Shown one piece after another: positions 62,343 to 64,000 of a DNA stretch of 64,000 nt. Under the pieces are notes generated by a model that was not told the DNA's origin, did not search any database, and saw nothing but the letters and a program-made list of their open reading frames with translations. Both the position numbers and the translations under genes were made by a program. Positions within the stretch are counted from its first letter, which is position 1. Every line of letters begins with the position of its first letter. Origin of the DNA: Eledone cirrhosa (taxonomy: Eukaryota); NCBI GenBank assembly GCA_964016885.1, contig OZ024740.1, positions 370,698,001 to 370,762,000 on the forward strand, given 5' to 3'.

Positions 62343-64000
62343 GAGAACACCAGCAATATATCTGACTAGATAGAGAAGCAATTGTCGATTCGTCATATGT
62401 GCGCATATTCGGCTGATACGTGGGGGGTGGGTATTTGTGTGTTGGTGTGTGTGTGTGAGTGTGGTGGTGTTTTTACTATGCTGCATATTACTGTAAGTAT
62501 GTGTCCATATACATAAATGACTGAATGACGGAATGTCCTTCTGTTTGTATTTGTTTACCGAATATGTAATATATTTGTTATTCTCTGTAGACAATGTTTT
62601 ATATGCACTTTCAGGCACGAAGTAAAACGGATACCTTCAATGTCATTTCGTCAGATGCTATGTTGCTTCGTGCGTGTATCTTTAATGTACGCTCTATTCC
62701 TAATATATTCTTCACTATTTATTTGCTGTATTTACGATTTGAGGCTTTTAGGTTATGTTCATAAGTTTGGAGAGGAAAGGCTTTTATTTTTACTAACTTT
62801 ACCTATTGACACGTACTACATGAAACAACACTTTCAGTGGCAATCCAACAGCCTGTAAATATTTACTGGACATTTTAATTTTCGTATTGATTCAGATATA
62901 AATCGATGTGAAAGTCGCAGAGATCCATGTAGAAAGTGTAATTTCCTACCAAGTGAAATGATGACATTTCTTCTAACCAATGTACTGCATTGTATTCCTA
63001 ATCAAGACATTTACATGTCAGTGGGTTTTCTAAAAGAAGTAGCAAATATCTCAGATAGTGAGAACTCATATTGTTAAATAACAAGATCATAGCAATATTA
63101 GTTTCTTTTTGACAAAACATAGAAGCACTACATTTTACGAAATAATCCACTGGACGGTGTAATAATGTTATTGGTGGTGTATATCTAGTACAGAATAACA
63201 TAGTATCGTACAGAAATTTCAAGTAAATTGTTTTCGATACTCGTCAGCATAAACGTTTCGCTTTTCTAATTTGATAGCATGGACCTAGTGTGTGTATATA
63301 TATATACACAGTTCAAGAGTAACCAATCTTAAAGAGAGAGATGGAGATAGGAGAGGAGATAGGAGATGAGAAGAGAGATTAGTGAATTAGTTAGAAGCCA
63401 AAGCGTAAAGGCATGTGCTCAATGTGCAATATGCAGTTGAAGGCAGCTAGGTGGCTAGGTTCATGCAGAGGTTAGGTGCACAGAGCTGGAAATAGTCATT
63501 AGTTAAGCAAAACAAGACCACAAATTTCACAGGGAAGACATTATTAAAAGATTGTCAACATATTTTAGTTTGATGTAAGGAATGTAGAGAATACTAATAA
63601 TATTAATAATAATAATGTCCGTTTACAATTGTTTCGCTACTCCATATAATATTTCTGGATCAAATGATTATAGATCATTATTGATCTGGTTCAGTTGAAA
63701 ATAATTAACGTAGGTAAAAATAGAGCAGCTCATCGGAACTTCAAAAGGAATATAAATTAAAATAAGGTAAGAATGTTACATTAATGTAATGTTCCATATA
63801 TTGGTATTTCACTATGGTGTCCTGGGTATATCCATTGTGTGCCATAGTCGAGTAGTATTCTTCTGTCGAGGCTGCATTGTGTGAGATCTGCCTATGGGTA
63901 ACAAGATATATATATATAAGATATATATATATATATATATATGAGGAAAAGGGATAATTAATTTGTTGGTAATTCAACAAATATAAATGTTTATAACTGA

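Noticed and set aside
62600-63250. Two minus-strand CTGACGA motifs and a faint PLE-RT-like ORF (62998-63222)
   Set aside because: No complete hammerhead geometry, and the protein resemblance is too weak without a search.

Overview
AT-rich, microsatellite-dense eukaryotic DNA, probably a cephalopod/octopus-type genome (inferred from the SINEs and simple repeats). I cannot support any host protein-coding gene; the window is almost entirely mobile DNA. It holds a Chapaev3-like DNA transposon, a full-length disrupted L1/Tx1-type LINE splitting a 26-bp minisatellite, a tandem cluster of R4/Dong-type LINEs in (TAA)n tracts (one with an uninterrupted 1130-aa ORF), further LINE fragments, tRNA-derived SINEs and a non-autonomous Helitron. 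The main signal is RNA-level. A 7.46-kb array of a nearly invariant 310-bp unit (48558-56018) carries one type I hammerhead ribozyme per unit (24 copies, retrozyme-like), arranged as two divergent blocks inside a (TA)n tract. About a dozen other hammerhead loci of different sequence are scattered through the window, many in inverted or partial-tandem structures typical of Penelope-like element pLTRs. All ribozyme calls come from by-eye core and stem inspection; none was folded computationally or tested.
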